A DNA stretch of 64,000 bases from Eledone cirrhosa (taxonomy: Eukaryota). The notes under the pieces are model-generated. The model was not told the origin of the DNA. It saw only the letters and a program-made list of their open reading frames with translations, and made no database searches. The DNA lies in the NCBI GenBank assembly GCA_964016885.1, contig CAXHJY010000898.1:372001-436000 (forward strand). Direction: 5' to 3'. The stretch's first letter is position 1. Each line of letters begins with the position of its first letter. The translations under genes were made by a program, and so were the position numbers. Positions 11,363-24,489 of the stretch are shown here, one piece after another.

Positions 11363-14300
11363 AGCTTAGCTTAGCTTAGCTTAGCTTAGCTTAGCTTAGC
11401 TTAGCTTAGGATAGCTTAGCTTAGCTTAGGATAGTTTAGCTTAGCTTAGCTTAGGATAGCTTAGCTTAGCTTAGCTTAGGATAGCTTAGCTTAGCTTAGC
11501 TTAGGATAGCTTAGCTTAGCTTAGGATAGCTTAGCTTAGCTTAGCTTAGGATAGCTTAGCTTAGCTTAGGATAGCTTAGCTTAGCTTAGCTTAGGATAGC
11601 TTAGCTTAGCTTAGCTTAGGATAGCTTAGCTTAGGATAGCTTAGCTTAGCTTAGGATAGCTTAGCTTAGCTTAGCTTAGGATAGCTTAGCTTAGCTTAGC
11701 TTAGGATAGCTTAGCTTAGCTTAGCTTAGTATAGCTTAGCTTAGCTTAGCTTAGGATAGCTTAGCTTAGCTTACCTTAGGATAGCTTAGCTTAGCTTAGC
11801 TTAGGATAGCTTAGCTTAGCTTAGCTTAGGATAGCTTAGCTTAGCTTAGCTTAGGATAGCTTAGCTTAGCTTGGCTTAGGATAGCTTAGCTTAGCTTGGC
11901 TTAGGATAGCTTAGCTTAGCTTAGCTTAGGATAGCTTAGCTTAGCTTAGCTTAGCTTAGCTTAGCTTAGGATAGCTTAGCTTAGCTTAGCTTAGCTTAGG
12001 ATAGCTTAGCTTAGCTTAGCTTAGCTTAGGATAACTTAGCTTAGCTTAGCTTAGCTTAGCTTAGGATAGCTTAGCTTAGCTTAGCTTAGGATAGCTTAGC
12101 TTAGTTTAGGATAGCTTAGCTTAGCTTAGCTTAGGATAGCTTAGGATAGCTTAGCTTAGGATAGCTTAGGATAGCTTAGCTTAGGATAGCTTAGGATAGC
12201 TTAGGTTAGGATAGCTTAGCTTAGGATAGCTTAGGATAGCTTAGCTTAGGATAGCTTAGGATAGCTTAGCTTAGGATAGCTTAGGATAGCTTAGCTTAGA
12301 ATAGCTTAGCTTAGGATAGCTTAGGAAAGCTTAGCTTAGCTTAGCTTAGGATAGCTTAGCTTAGCTTAGCTTAGGATAGCTTAGCTTAGCTTAGCTTAGG
12401 ATAGCTTAGGATAGCTTAGCTTAGGATAGCTTAGGATAGCTTAGCTTTGGATAGCTTAGCTTAGGAGAGCTTAGCTTAGGATAGCTTAGGATAGCTTAGC
12501 TTAGGATAGCTTAGGATAGCTTAGCTTAGGATAGCTTAGCTTAGGATAGCTTAGGATAGCTTAGCTTAGCTTAGCTTAGGATAGCTTAGCTTAGCTTAGC
12601 TTAGCTTAGGATAGCTTAGCTTAGCTTAGCTTAGCTTAGGATAGCTTAGCTTAGCTTAGCTTAGGATAGCTTAGGATAGCTTAGCTTAGGATAGCTTAGG
12701 ATAGCTTAGCTTAGGATAGCTTAGGATAGCTTAGCTTAGGATAGCTTAGGATAGCTTAGCTTAGGATAGCTTAGCTTAGGATAGCTTAGCTTAGCTTAGC
12801 TTAGGATAGCTTAGCTTAGGATAGCTTAGGATAGCTTAGCTTAGGATAGCTTAGCTAAGGATAGCTTAGGATAGCTTAGCTTAGCTTAGCTTAGGATAGC
12901 TTAGCTTAGCTTAGCTTAGGATAGCTTAGCTTAGCTTAGCTTAGGATAGCTTAGCTTAGCTTAGGATAGCTCAGCTTAGCTTAGCTTAGGAAAGCTTAGC
13001 TTAGCTTAGCTTAGGATAGCTTAGCTTAGGATAGCTTAGCTTAGGATAGCTTAGCTTAGGTTAGCTTAGCTTAGCTTAGCTTAGGATAGCTTAGGATAGC
13101 TTAGCTTAGGATAGCTTAGCTTAGCTTAGCTTAGGATAGCTTAGCTTAGCTTAGCTTAGGATAGCTTAGCTTAGCTTAGCTTAGGATAGCTTAGCTTAGG
13201 ATAGCTTAGGATAGCTTAGCTTAGCTTAGCTTAGGATAGTTTAGCTTAGCTTAGCTTAGGATAGCTTAGCTTAGCTTAGGATAGCTTAGCTTAGCTTAGC
13301 TTAGGATAGCTTAGCTTAGCTTAGCTTAGGATAGCTTAGCTTAGGTTAGCTTAGGATAGCTTAGCTTAGCTTAGCTTAGCTTAGCTTAGCTTAGCTTAGC
13401 TTAGCTTAGCTTAGGATAGCTTAGCTTAGCTTAGGATAGTTTAGCTTAGCTTAGCTTAGGATAGCTTAGCTTAGCTTAGCTTAGGATAGCTTAGCTTAGC
13501 TTAGCTTAGGATAGCTTAGCTTAGCTTAGGATAGCTTAGCTTAGCTTAGCTTAGGATAGCTTAGCTTAGCTTAGGATAGCTTAGCTCAGCTTAGCTTAGG
13601 ATAGCTTAGCTTAGCTTAGCTTAGGATAGCTTAGCTTAGGATAGCTTAGCTTAGCTTAGGATAGCTTAGCTTAGCTTAGCTTAGGATAGCTTAGCTTAGC
13701 TTAGCTTAGGATAGCTTAGCTTAGCTTAGCTTAGTATAGCTTAGCTTAGCTTAGCTTAGGATAGCTTAGCTTAGCTTAGCTTAGGATAGCTTAGCTTAGC
13801 TTAGCTTAGGATAGCTTAGCTTAGCTTAGCTTAGGATAGCTTAGCTTAGCTTAGCTTAGGATAGCTTAGCTTAGCTTGGCTTAGGATAGCTTAGCTTAGC
13901 TTGGCTTAGGATAGCTTAGCTTAGCTTAGCTTAGGATAGCTTAGCTTAGCTTAGCTTAGCTTAGCTTAGCTTAGGATAGCTTAGCTTAGCTTAGCTTAGC
14001 TTAGGATAGCTTAGCTTAGCTTAGCTTAGCTTAGGATAGCTTAGCTTAGCTTAGCTTAGCTTAGCTTAGGATAGCTTAGCTTAGCTTAGCTTAGGATAGC
14101 TTAGCTTAGTTTAGGATAGCTTAGCTTAGCTTAGCTTAGGATAGCTTAGGATAGCTTAGCTTAGGATAGCTTAGGATAGCTTAGCTTAGGATAGCTTAGG
14201 ATAGCTTAGGTTAGGATAGCTTAGCTTAGGATAGCTTAGGATAGCTTAGCTTAGGATAGCTTAGGATAGCTTAGCTTAGGATAGCTTAGGATAGCTTAGC

Positions 14301-15430
14301 TTAGAATAGCTTAGCTTAGGATAGCTTAGGAAAGCTTAGCTTAGCTTAGCTTAGGATAGCTTAGCTTAGCTTAGCTTAGGATAGCTTAGCTTAGCTTAGC
14401 TTAGGATAGCTTAGGATAGCTTAGCTTAGGATAGCTTAGGATAGCTTAGCTTTGGATAGCTTAGCTTAGGAGAGCTTAGCTTAGGATAGCTTAGGATAGC
14501 TTAGCTTAGGATAGCTTAGGATAGCTTAGCTTAGGATAGCTTAGCTTAGGATAGCTTAGGATAGCTTAGCTTAGCTTAGCTTAGGATAGCTTAGCTTAGC
14601 TTAGCTTAGCTTAGGATAGCTTAGCTTAGCTTAGCTTAGCTTAGGATAGCTTAGCTTAGCTTAGCTTAGGATAGCTTAGGATAGCTTAGCTTAGGATAGC
14701 TTAGGATAGCTTAGCTTAGGATAGCTTAGGATAGCTTAGCTTAGGATAGCTTAGGATAGCTTAGCTTAGGATAGCTTAGCTTAGGATAGCTTAGCTTAGC
14801 TTAGCTTAGGATAGCTTAGCTTAGGATAGCTTAGGATAGCTTAGCTTAGGATAGCTTAGCTAAGGATAGCTTAGGATAGCTTAGCTTAGCTTAGCTTAGG
14901 ATAGCTTAGCTTAGCTTAGCTTAGGATAGCTTAGCTTAGCTTAGGATAGCTTAGCTTAGCTTAGCTTAGGATAGCTTAGCTTAGCTTAGCTTAGGATAGC
15001 TTAGCTTAGCTTAGCTTAGGATAGCTTAGCTTAGCTTAGGATAGCTCAGCTTAGCTTAGCTTAGGAAAGCTTAGCTTAGCTTAGCTTAGGATAGCTTAGC
15101 TTAGGATAGCTTAGCTTAGGATAGCTTAGCTTAGGTTAGCTTAGCTTAGCTTAGCTTAGGATAGCTTAGGATAGCTTAGCTTAGGATAGCTTAGCTTAGC
15201 TTAGCTTAGGATAGCTTAGCTTAGCTTAGCTTAGGATAGCTTAGCTTAGCTTAGCTTAGGATAGCTTAGCTTAGGATAGCTTAGGATAGCTTAGCTTAGC
15301 TTAGCTTAGGATAGTTTAGCTTAGCTTAGCTTAGGATAGCTTAGCTTAGCTTAGGATAGCTTAGCTTAGCTTAGCTTAGGATAGCTTAGCTTAGCTTAGC
15401 TTAGGATAGCTTAGCTTAGGTTAGCTTAGG
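11363..15430. repeat. Tandem duplication, unit about 2005 bp (about 11363-13357 and 13368-15430)
   Basis: Markers at +2005: AGTAT 11728/13733, GGCTT 11873/13878, TGGAT 12448/14453, AGCTA 12853/14858. The offset becomes +2075 at AGCTC 12968/15043, indicating a 70-bp indel. Confidence 0.92.
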
Positions 15431-18259
15431 ATAGCTTAGGATAGCTTAGCTTAGGATAGCTTAGGATAGCTTAGCTTAGGATAGCTTAGCTTAGGATAGC
15501 TTAGCTTAGGTTAGCTTAGCTTAGCTTAGCTTAGGATAGCTTAGGATAGCTTAGCTTAGGATAGCTTAGCTTAGCTTAGCTTAGGATAGCTTAGCTTAGG
15601 ATAGCTTAGGATAGCTTAGCTTAGGATAGCTTAGCTTAGGATAGCTTAGCTTAGGATAGCTTAGGATAGCTTAGCTTAGCTTAGCTTAGGATAGCTTAGC
15701 TTAGCTTAGCTTAGGATAGCTTAGCTTAGGTTAGCTTAGCTTAGCTTAGCTTAGGATAGCTTAGCTTAGGATAGCTTAGGATAGCTTAGCTTAGGATAGC
15801 TTAGCTTAGGATAGCTTAGGATAGCTTAGCTTAGGATAGCTTAGAATAGCTTAGCTTAGGATAGCTTAGCTTAGGATAGCTTAGGATAGCTTAGCTTAGC
15901 TTAGCTTAGGATAGCTTAGCTTAGCTTAGCTTAGGATAGCTTAGCTTAGCTTAGCATAGGATAGCTTAGCTTAGCTTAGCTTAGGATAGCTTAGGATAGC
16001 TTAGCTTAGGATAGCTTAGGATAGCTTAGGATAGCTTAGCTTAGCTTAGCTTAGGATAGCTTAGCTTAGCTTAGCTTAGGATAGCTTAGCTTAGCTTAGC
16101 TTAGGATAGCTTAGCTTAGCTTAGGATAGCTTAGCTTAGCTTAGCTTAGTATAGCTTAGCTTAGCTTAGCTTAGGATAGCTTAGCTTAGCTTAGGATAGC
16201 TTAGCTTAGCTTAGGATAGCTTAGCTTAGCTTAGCTTAGGATAGCTTAGCTTAGCTTAGCTTAGGATAGCTTAGCTTAGCTTAGCTTAGGATAGCTTAGC
16301 TTAGCTTAGCTTAGGATAGCTTAGCTTAGCTTAGCTTAGGATAGCTTAGCTTAGCTTAGCTTAGGATAGCTTAGCTTAGCTTAGCTTAGGATAGATTAGC
16401 TTAGCTTAGGATAGCTTAGCTTAGCTTAGCTTAGGAAAGCTTAGCTTAGCTTAGGATAGCTTAGCTTAGCTTAGCTTAGGAGAGCTTAGCTTAGCTTAGG
16501 ATAGCTTAGCTTAGCTTAGCTTAGGATAGCTTAGCTTAGCTTAGCTTAGGTAGCTTAGCTTAGCTTAGCTTAGGATAGCTTAGCTTAGCTTAGCTTAGGA
16601 TAGCTTAGGATAGCTTAGCTTAGGATAGCTTAGGATAGCTTACCTTAGGAGAGCTTAGCTTAGGATAGCTTAGCTTAGGATAGCTTAGGATAGCTTAGCT
16701 TAGGATAGCTTAGCTTAGGATAGCTTAGCTTAGGATAGCTTAGGATAGCTTAGCTTAGCTTAGCTTAGGATAGCTTAGCTTAGCTTAGCTTAGGATAGCT
16801 TAGCTTAGGTTAGCTTAGCTTAGCTTAGCTTAGGATAGCTTAGGATAGCTTAGCTTAGGATAGCTTAGGATAGCTTAGCTTAGGATAGCTTAGGATAGCT
16901 TAGCTTAGGATAGCTTAGCTTAGGATAGCTTAGGATTGCTTAGCTTAGGATAGCTTAGGATAGCTTAGCTTAGGATCGCTTAGGATAGCTTAGCTTAGCT
17001 TAGCTTAGGATAGCTTAGCTTAGCTTAGCTTAGGATAGCTTAGCTTAGCTTAGCTTAGGATAGCTTAGCTTAGCTTAGCTTAGGATAGCTTAGGATAGCT
17101 TAGCTTAGGATAGCTTAGGATAGCTTAGCTTAGGATAGCTTAGCTTAGGATAGCTTAGCTTAGGATAGCTTAGGATAGCTTAGCTTAGGATAGCTTAGGA
17201 TAGCTTAGCTTAGGATAGCTTAGCTTAGGATAGCTTAGCTTAGGATAGCTTAGGATAGCTTAGCTTAGCTTAGCTTAGGATAGCTTAGCTTAGCTTAGCT
17301 TAGGATAGCTTAGCTTAGCTTAGCTTAGGATAGCTTAGCTTAGCTTAGCTTAGGATAGCTTAGGATAGCTTAGCTTAGGATAGCTTAGGATAGCTTAGCT
17401 TAGGTTAGCTTAGGATAGCTTAGCTTAGGATAGATTAGCTTAGGATAGCTTAGCTTAGGATAGCTTAGGATAGCTTAGCTTAGGATAGCTTAGGATAGCT
17501 TAGCTTAGAATAGCTTAGCTTAGGATAGCTTAGGAAAGCTTAGCTTAGCTTAGCTTAGGATAGCTTAGCTTAGCTTAGCTTAGGATAGCTTAGCTTAGCT
17601 TAGCTTAGGATAGCTTAGGATAGCTTAGCTTAGGATAGCTTAGGATAGCTTAGCTTTGGATAGCTTAGCTTAGGAGAGCTTAGCTTAGGATAGCTTAGGA
17701 TAGCTTAGCTTAGGATAGCTTAGGATAGCTTAGCTTAGGATAGCTTAGCTTAGGATAGCTTAGGATAGCTTAGCTTAGCTTAGCTTAGGATAGCTTAGCT
17801 TAGCTTAGCTTAGGATAGCTTAGCTTAGCTTAGCTTAGCTTAGGATAGCTTAGCTTAGCTTAGCTTAGGATAGCTTAGGATAGCTTAGCTTAGGATAGCT
17901 TAGGATAGCTTAGCTTAGGATAGCTTAGGATAGCTTAGCTTAGGATAGCTTAGGATAGCTTAGCTTAGGATAGCTTAGCTTAGGATAGCTTAGCTTAGCT
18001 TAGCTTAGGATAGCTTAGCTTAGGATAGCTTAGGATAGCTTAGCTTAGGATAGCTTAGCTTAGGATAGCTTAGGATAGCTTAGCTTAGCTTAGCTTAGGA
18101 TAGCTTAGCTTAGCTTAGCTTAGGATAGCTTAGCTTAGCTTAGGATAGCTTAGCTTAGCTTAGCTTAGGATAGCTTAGCTTAGCTTAGCTTAGGATAGCT
18201 TAGCTTAGCTTAGCTTAGGATAGCTTAGCTTAGCTTAGGATAGCTCAGCTTAGCTTAGC

Positions 18260-18820
18260 TTAGGATAGCTTAGCTTAGGTTAGCTTAGGATAGCTTAGGA
18301 TAGCTTAGGATAGCTTAGCTTAGCTTAGCTTAGGATAGCTTAGCTTAGCTTAGCTTAGGATAGCTTAGCTTAGCTTAGCTTAGGATAGCTTAGCTTAGCT
18401 TAGGATAGCTTAGCTTAGCTTAGCTTAGGATAGCTTAGCTTAGCTTAGGATAGCTTAGCTTAGCTTAGCTTAGGATAGCTTAGCTTTGCTTAGGATAGCT
18501 TAGCTTAGCTTAGCTTAGGATAGCTTAGCTTAGCTTAGCTTAGGATAGCTTAGCTTAGGTTAGCTTAGGATAGCTTAGGATAGCTTAGGATAGCTTAGCT
18601 TAGCTTAGCTTAGGATAGCTTAGCTTAGCTTAGCTTAGGATAGCTTAGCTTAGCTTAGCTTAGGATAGATTAGCTTAGCTTAGGATAGCTTAGCTTAGCT
18701 TAGCTTAGGATAGCTTAGCTTAGCTTAGGATAGCTTAGCTTAGCTTAGCTTAGGATAGCTTAGCTTTGCTTAGGATAGCTTAGCTTAGCTTAGCTTAGGA
18801 TAGCTTAGCTTAGCTTAGCT
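18260..18820. repeat. Short tandem duplication, unit about 280 bp
   Basis: TGCTT at 18487/18767, each preceded by the same AGGTT-A-B-A-B-A-B block. The same doublet recurs at 35757/36047 (+290). Confidence 0.85.
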
Positions 18821-21800
18821 TAGGATAGCTTAGCTTAGCTTAGCTTAGGATAGATTAGCTTAGCTTAGGATAGCTTAGCTTAGCTTAGCTTAGGAAAGCT
18901 TAGCTTAGCTTAGGATAGCTTAGCTTAGCTTAGCTTAGGAGAGCTTAGCTTAGCTTAGGATAGCTTAGCTTAGCTTAGCTTAGGATAGCTTAGCTTAGCT
19001 TAGCTTAGGTAGCTTAGCTTAGCTTAGCTTAGGATAGCTTAGCTTAGCTTAGCTTAGCTTAGGATAGCTTAGCTTAGCTTAGCTTAGGATAGCTTAGCTT
19101 AGCTTAGCTTAGGATAGCTTAGGATAGCTTAGCTTAGGATAGCTTAGGATAGCTTACCTTTGGAGAGCTTAGCTTAGGATAGCTTAGCTTAGGATAGCTT
19201 AGGATAGCTTAGCTTAGGATAGCTTAGCTTAGGATAGCTTAGCTTAGGATAGCTTAGGATAGCTTAGCTTAGCTTAGCTTAGGATAGCTTAGCTTAGCTT
19301 AGCTTAGGATAGCTTAGCTTAGGTTAGCTTAGCTTAGCTTAGCTTAGGATAGCTTAGCTTAGGATAGCTTAGGATAGCTTAGCTTAGGATAGCTTAGCTT
19401 AGGATAGCTTAGCTTAGCTTTGCTTAGGATAGCTTAGCTTAGCTTAGCTTAGGATAGCTTAGCTTAGCTTAGCTTAGGATAGCTTAGCTTAGCTTAGCTT
19501 AGGATAGCTTAGCTTAGCTTAGCTTAGGATAGCTTAGCTTAGGATAGCTTAGCTTAGCTTAGCTTAGGATCGCTTAGCTTAGCTTAGCTTAGGATAGCTT
19601 AGCTTAGCTTAGGATAGCTTAGCTTAGCTTAGCTTAGGATAGCTTAGCTTAGCTTAGGATAGCTTAGGATAGCTTAGCTTAGGAGAGCTTAGCTTAGCTT
19701 AGCTTAGGATAGCTTAGCTTAGCTTAGCTTAGGATAGCTTAGCTTAACTTAGCTTAGGATAGCTTAGCTTAGCTTAGCTTAGGATAGCTTAGCTTAGCTT
19801 AGCTTAGGATAGCTTAGCTTAGCTTAGCTTAGGATAGCTTAGGATAGCTTAGCTTAGGATAGCTTAGGATAGCTTACCTTAGGAGAGCTTAGCTTAGGAT
19901 AGCTTAGCTTAGGATAGCTTAGGATAGCTTAGCTTAGGATAGCTTAGCTTAGGATAGCTTAGCTTAGGATAGCTTAGGATAGCTTAGCTTAGCTTAGCTT
20001 AGGATAGCTTAGCTTAGCTTAGCTTAGGATAGCTTAGCTTAGCTTAGCTTAGGATAGCTTAGCTTAGCTTAGCTTAGGATAGCTTAGGATAGCTTAGCTT
20101 AGGATAGCTTAGGATAGCTTAGCTTAGGATAGCTTAGCTTAGGATAGCTTAGCTTAGGATAGCTTAGGATAGCTTAGCTTAGGATAGCTTAGGATAGCTT
20201 AGCTTAGGATAGCTTAGCTTAGGATAGCTTAGGATAGCTTAGCTTAACTTAGCTTAGGATAGCTTAGCTTAGCTTAGCTTAGGATAGCTTAGCTTAGCTT
20301 AGCTTAGGATAGCTTAGCTTAGCTTAGCTTAGGATAGCTTAGGATAGCTTAGCTTAGGATAGCTTAGGATAGCTTAGCTTAGGATAGCTTAGCTTAGCTT
20401 AGCTTAGGATAGCTTAGCTTAGCTTAGCTTAGAATAGCTTAGCTTAGGATAGCTTAGCTTAGGATAGCTTAGCTTAGGATAGCTTAGCTTAGGATAGCTT
20501 AGGATAGCTTAGCTTAGGATAGCTTAGGATAGCTTAGCTTAGGATAGCTTAGCTTAGCTTAGCTTAGGATAGCTTAGCTTAGCTTAGGATAGCTTAGCTT
20601 AGCTTAGCTTAGGATAGCTTAGCTTAGGATAGCTTAGGAAAGCTTAGCTTAGCTTAGCTTAGGATAGCTTAGCTTAGCTTAGCTTAGGATAGCTTAGCTT
20701 AGCTTAGGATAGCTTAGCTTAGCTTAGCTTAGGATAGCTTAGCTTAGCTTAGTTTAGGATAGCTTAGCTTAGCTTAGCTTAGGATAGCTTAGCTTGGCTT
20801 AGCTTAGGATAGCTTAGCTTAGCTTAGCTTAGGATAGCTTAGCTTAGGATAGCTTAGCTTAGCTTAGCTTAGGATAGCTTAGCTTAGCTTAGCTTAGGAT
20901 AGCTTAGCTTAGGATAGCTTAGCTTAGCTTAGCTTAGGATAGCTTAGCATAGCTTAGCTTAGGATAGCTTAGCTTAGCTTAGCTTAGGATAGCTTAGCTT
21001 AGCTTAGCTTAGGATAGCTTAGCTTAGCTTAGCTTAGGATAGCTTAGCTTAGCTTAGCTTAGGATAGCTTAGCTTAGCTTAGCTTAGGATAGCTTAGCAT
21101 AGCTTAGCTTAGGATAGCTTAGCTTAGCTTAGCTTAGGATAGCTTAGCTTAGCTTAGGATAGCTTAGCTTAGCTTGGCTTAGGATAGCTTAGCTTAGCTT
21201 GGCTTAGGATAGCTTAGCTTAGCTTAGCTTAGGATAGCTTAGCTTAGGATAGCTTAGGATAGCTTAGCTTAGCTTAGCTTAGGATAGCTTAGCTTAGTTT
21301 AGGATAGCTTAGCTTAGCTTAGCTTAGGATAGCTTAGGATAGCTTAGCTTAGGATAGCTTAGGATAGCTTAGCTTAGGATAGCTTAGGATAGCTTAGCTT
21401 AGGATAGCTTAGGATAGCTTAGGTTAGGATAGCTTAGCTTAGGATAGCTTAGGATAGCTTAGCTTAGGATAGCTTAGGATAGCTTAGCTTAGGATAGCTT
21501 AGGATAGCTTAGCTTAGGATAGCTTAGCTTATGATAGCTTAGGAAAGCTTAGCTTAGCTTAGCTTAGGATAGCTTAGCTTAGCTTAGCTTAGGATAGCTT
21601 AGCTTAGCTTAGCTTAGGATAGCTTAGGATAGCTTAGCTTAGGATAGCTTAGGATAGCTTAGCTTAGGATAGCTTAGCTTAGGATAGCTTAGCTTAGGAT
21701 AGCTTAGGATAGCTTAGCTTAGGATAGCTTAGGATAGCTTAGCTTAGGTAGCTTAGCTTAGGATAGCTTAGGATAGCTTAGCTTAGCTTAGCTTAGGATA

Positions 21801-24489
21801 GCTTAGCTTAGCTTAGGATAGCTTAGCTTAGCTTAGCTTAGCTTAGGATAGCTTAGCTTAGCTTAGGATAGCTTAGGATAGCTTAGCTTAGGATAGCTTA
21901 GGATAGCTTAGCTTAGGATAGCTTAGGATAGCTTAGCTTAGGATAGCTTAGGATAGCTTAGCTTAGGATAGCTTAGCTTAGGATAGCTTAGCTTAGCTTA
22001 GCTTAGGATAGCTTAGCTTAGGATAGCTTAGGATATCTTAGGTTAGGATAGCTTAGCTTAGGATAGCTTAGGATAGATTAGCTTAGCTTAGCTTAGGATA
22101 GCTTAGCTTAGCTTAGCTTAGGATAGCTTAGCTTAGCTTAGGATAGCTTAGCTTAGCTTAGCTTAGGATAGCTTAGCTTAGCTTAGCTTAGGATAGCTTA
22201 GCTTAGCTTAGGATAGCTTAGCTTAGCTTAGCTTAGGATAGCTTAGCTTAGCTTAGCTTAGGATAGCTTAGCTTAGGATAGCTTAGCTTAGGATAGCTTA
22301 GCTTAGGTTAGCTTAGCTTAGCTTAGCTTAGGATAGCTTAGGATAGCTTAGCTTAGGATAACTTAGCTTAGCTTAGCTTAGGATAGCTTAGCTTAGCTTA
22401 GCTTAGGATAGCTTAGCTTAGCTTAGCTTAGGATAGCTTAGCTTAGGATAGCTTAGGATTGCTTAGCTTAGCTTAGCTTAGGATAGCTTAGCTTAGCTTA
22501 GCTTAGGATAGCTTAGCTTAGCTTAGGATAGCTTAGCTTAGCTTAGCTTAGGATAGCTTAGCTTAGCTTAGCTTAGGATAGCTTAGCTTAGCTTAGCTTA
22601 GGATAGCTTAGGATAGCTTAGGATAGCTTAGCTTAGCTTAGCTTAGGATAGCTTAGCTTAGCTTAGGATAGCTTAGCTTAGCTTAGCTTAGGATAGCTTA
22701 GCTTAGCTTAGGATAGCTTAGCTTAGCTTAGCTTAGGATAGCTTAGCTTAGCTTAGCTTAGGATAGCTTAGCTTAGCTTAGCTTAGGATAGCTTAGCTTA
22801 GCTTAGCTTAGGATAGCTTAGCTTAGCTTAGCTTAGGATAGATTAGCTTAGCTTAGGATAGCTTAGCTTAGCTTAGCTTAGGAAAGCTTAGCTTAGCTTA
22901 GGATAGCTTAGCTTAGCTTAGCTTAGGAGAGCTTAGCTTAGCTTAGCTTAGGATAGCTTAGCTTAGCTTAGGATAGCTTAGCTTAGCTTAGGTAGCTTAG
23001 CTTAGCTTAGCTTAGGATAGCTTAGCTTAGCTTAGCTTAGCTTAGGATAGCTTAGCTTAGCTTAGCTTAGGAGAGCTTAGCTTAGCTTAGCTTAGGATAG
23101 CTTAGGATAGCTTAGCTTAGGATAGCTTAGGATAGCTTACCTTAGGAGAGCTTAGCTTAGGATAGCTTAGCTTAGGATAGCTTAGGATAGCTTAGCTTAG
23201 GATAGCTTAGCTTAGGATAGCTTAGCTTAGGATAGCTTAGGATAGCTTAGCTTAGCTTAGCTTAGGATAGCTTAGCTTAGCTTAGCTTAGGATAGCTTAG
23301 CTTAGGTTAGCTTAGCTTAGCTTAGCTTAGCTTAGGATAGCTTAGCTTAGGATAGCTTAGGATAGCTTAGGATAGCTTAGCTTAGGATAGCTTAGCTTAG
23401 GATAGCTTAGGATAGCTTAGCTTAGGATAGCTTAGGATAGCTTAGCTTAGGATAGCTTAGCTTAGGATAGCTTAGGATAGCTTAGCTTAGCTTAGCTTAG
23501 GATAGCTTAGCTTAGCTTAGCTTAGGATAGCTTAGCTTAGCTTAGGATTGCTTAGCTTAGCTTAGCTTAGGATAGCTTAGGATAGCTTAGCTTAGGATAG
23601 CTTAGCTTAGGATAGCTTAGGATAGCTTAGGATAGCTTAGCTTAGCTTAGCTTAGGATAGCTTAGCTTAGCTTAGCTTAGGATAGCTTAGCTTAGCTTAG
23701 CTTAGGATAGCTTAGCTTAGCTTAGGATAGCTTAGCTTAGCTTAGCTTAGGATAGCTTAGCTTAGCTTAGCTTAGGACAGCTTAGCTTAGCTTAGCTTAG
23801 GATAGCTTAGCTTAGCTTAGGATAGCTTAGCTTAGCTTAGCTTAGGATAGCTTAGCTTAGGATAGCTTAGCTTAGGATAGCTTAGCTTGGGTTAGCTTAG
23901 CTTAGCTTAGCTTAGGATAGCTTAGGATAGCTTAGCTTAGGATAGCTTAGCTTAGCTTAGCTTAGGATAGCTTAGCTTAGCTTAGCTTAGGATAGCTTAG
24001 CTTAGCTTAGCTTAGGATAGCTTAGCTTAGCTTAGCTTAGGATAGCTTAGCTTAGGATAGCTTAGGATAGCTTAGCTTAGCTTAGCTTAGGATAGCTTAG
24101 CTTAGCTTAGCTTAGGATAGCTTAGCTTAGCTTAGGATAGCTTAGCTTAGCTTAGCTTAGGATAGCTTAGCTTAGCTTAGCTTAGGATAGCTTAGCTTAG
24201 CTTAGCTTAGGATAGCTTAGGATAGCTTAGGATAGCTTAGCTTAGCTTAGCTTAGGATAGCTTAGCTTAGCTTAGCTTAGGATAGCTTAGCTTAGCTTAG
24301 CTTAGGATAGCTTAGCTTAGCTTAGGATAGCTTAGCTTAGCTTAGGATAGCTTAGCTTAGCTTAGCTTAGGATAGCTTAGCTTAGCTTAGCTTAGGATAG
24401 CTTAGCTTAGCTTAGCTTAGGATAGCTTAGCTTAGCTTAGGATAGCTTAGCTTAGCTTAGCTTAGGATAGCTTAGCTTAGCTTAGCTTA

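Larger units (their letters stand above)
10700..24030. repeat. First copy of a ~12-13 kb segment repeated at about 29980-42470
   Basis: Collinear markers: AGCCT 10763/30038, CGCTT 16977/34237, TGCTT 18487/35757, ATCTT-AGGTT 22035/40491, GGGTT 23889/42345. Confidence 0.88.
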
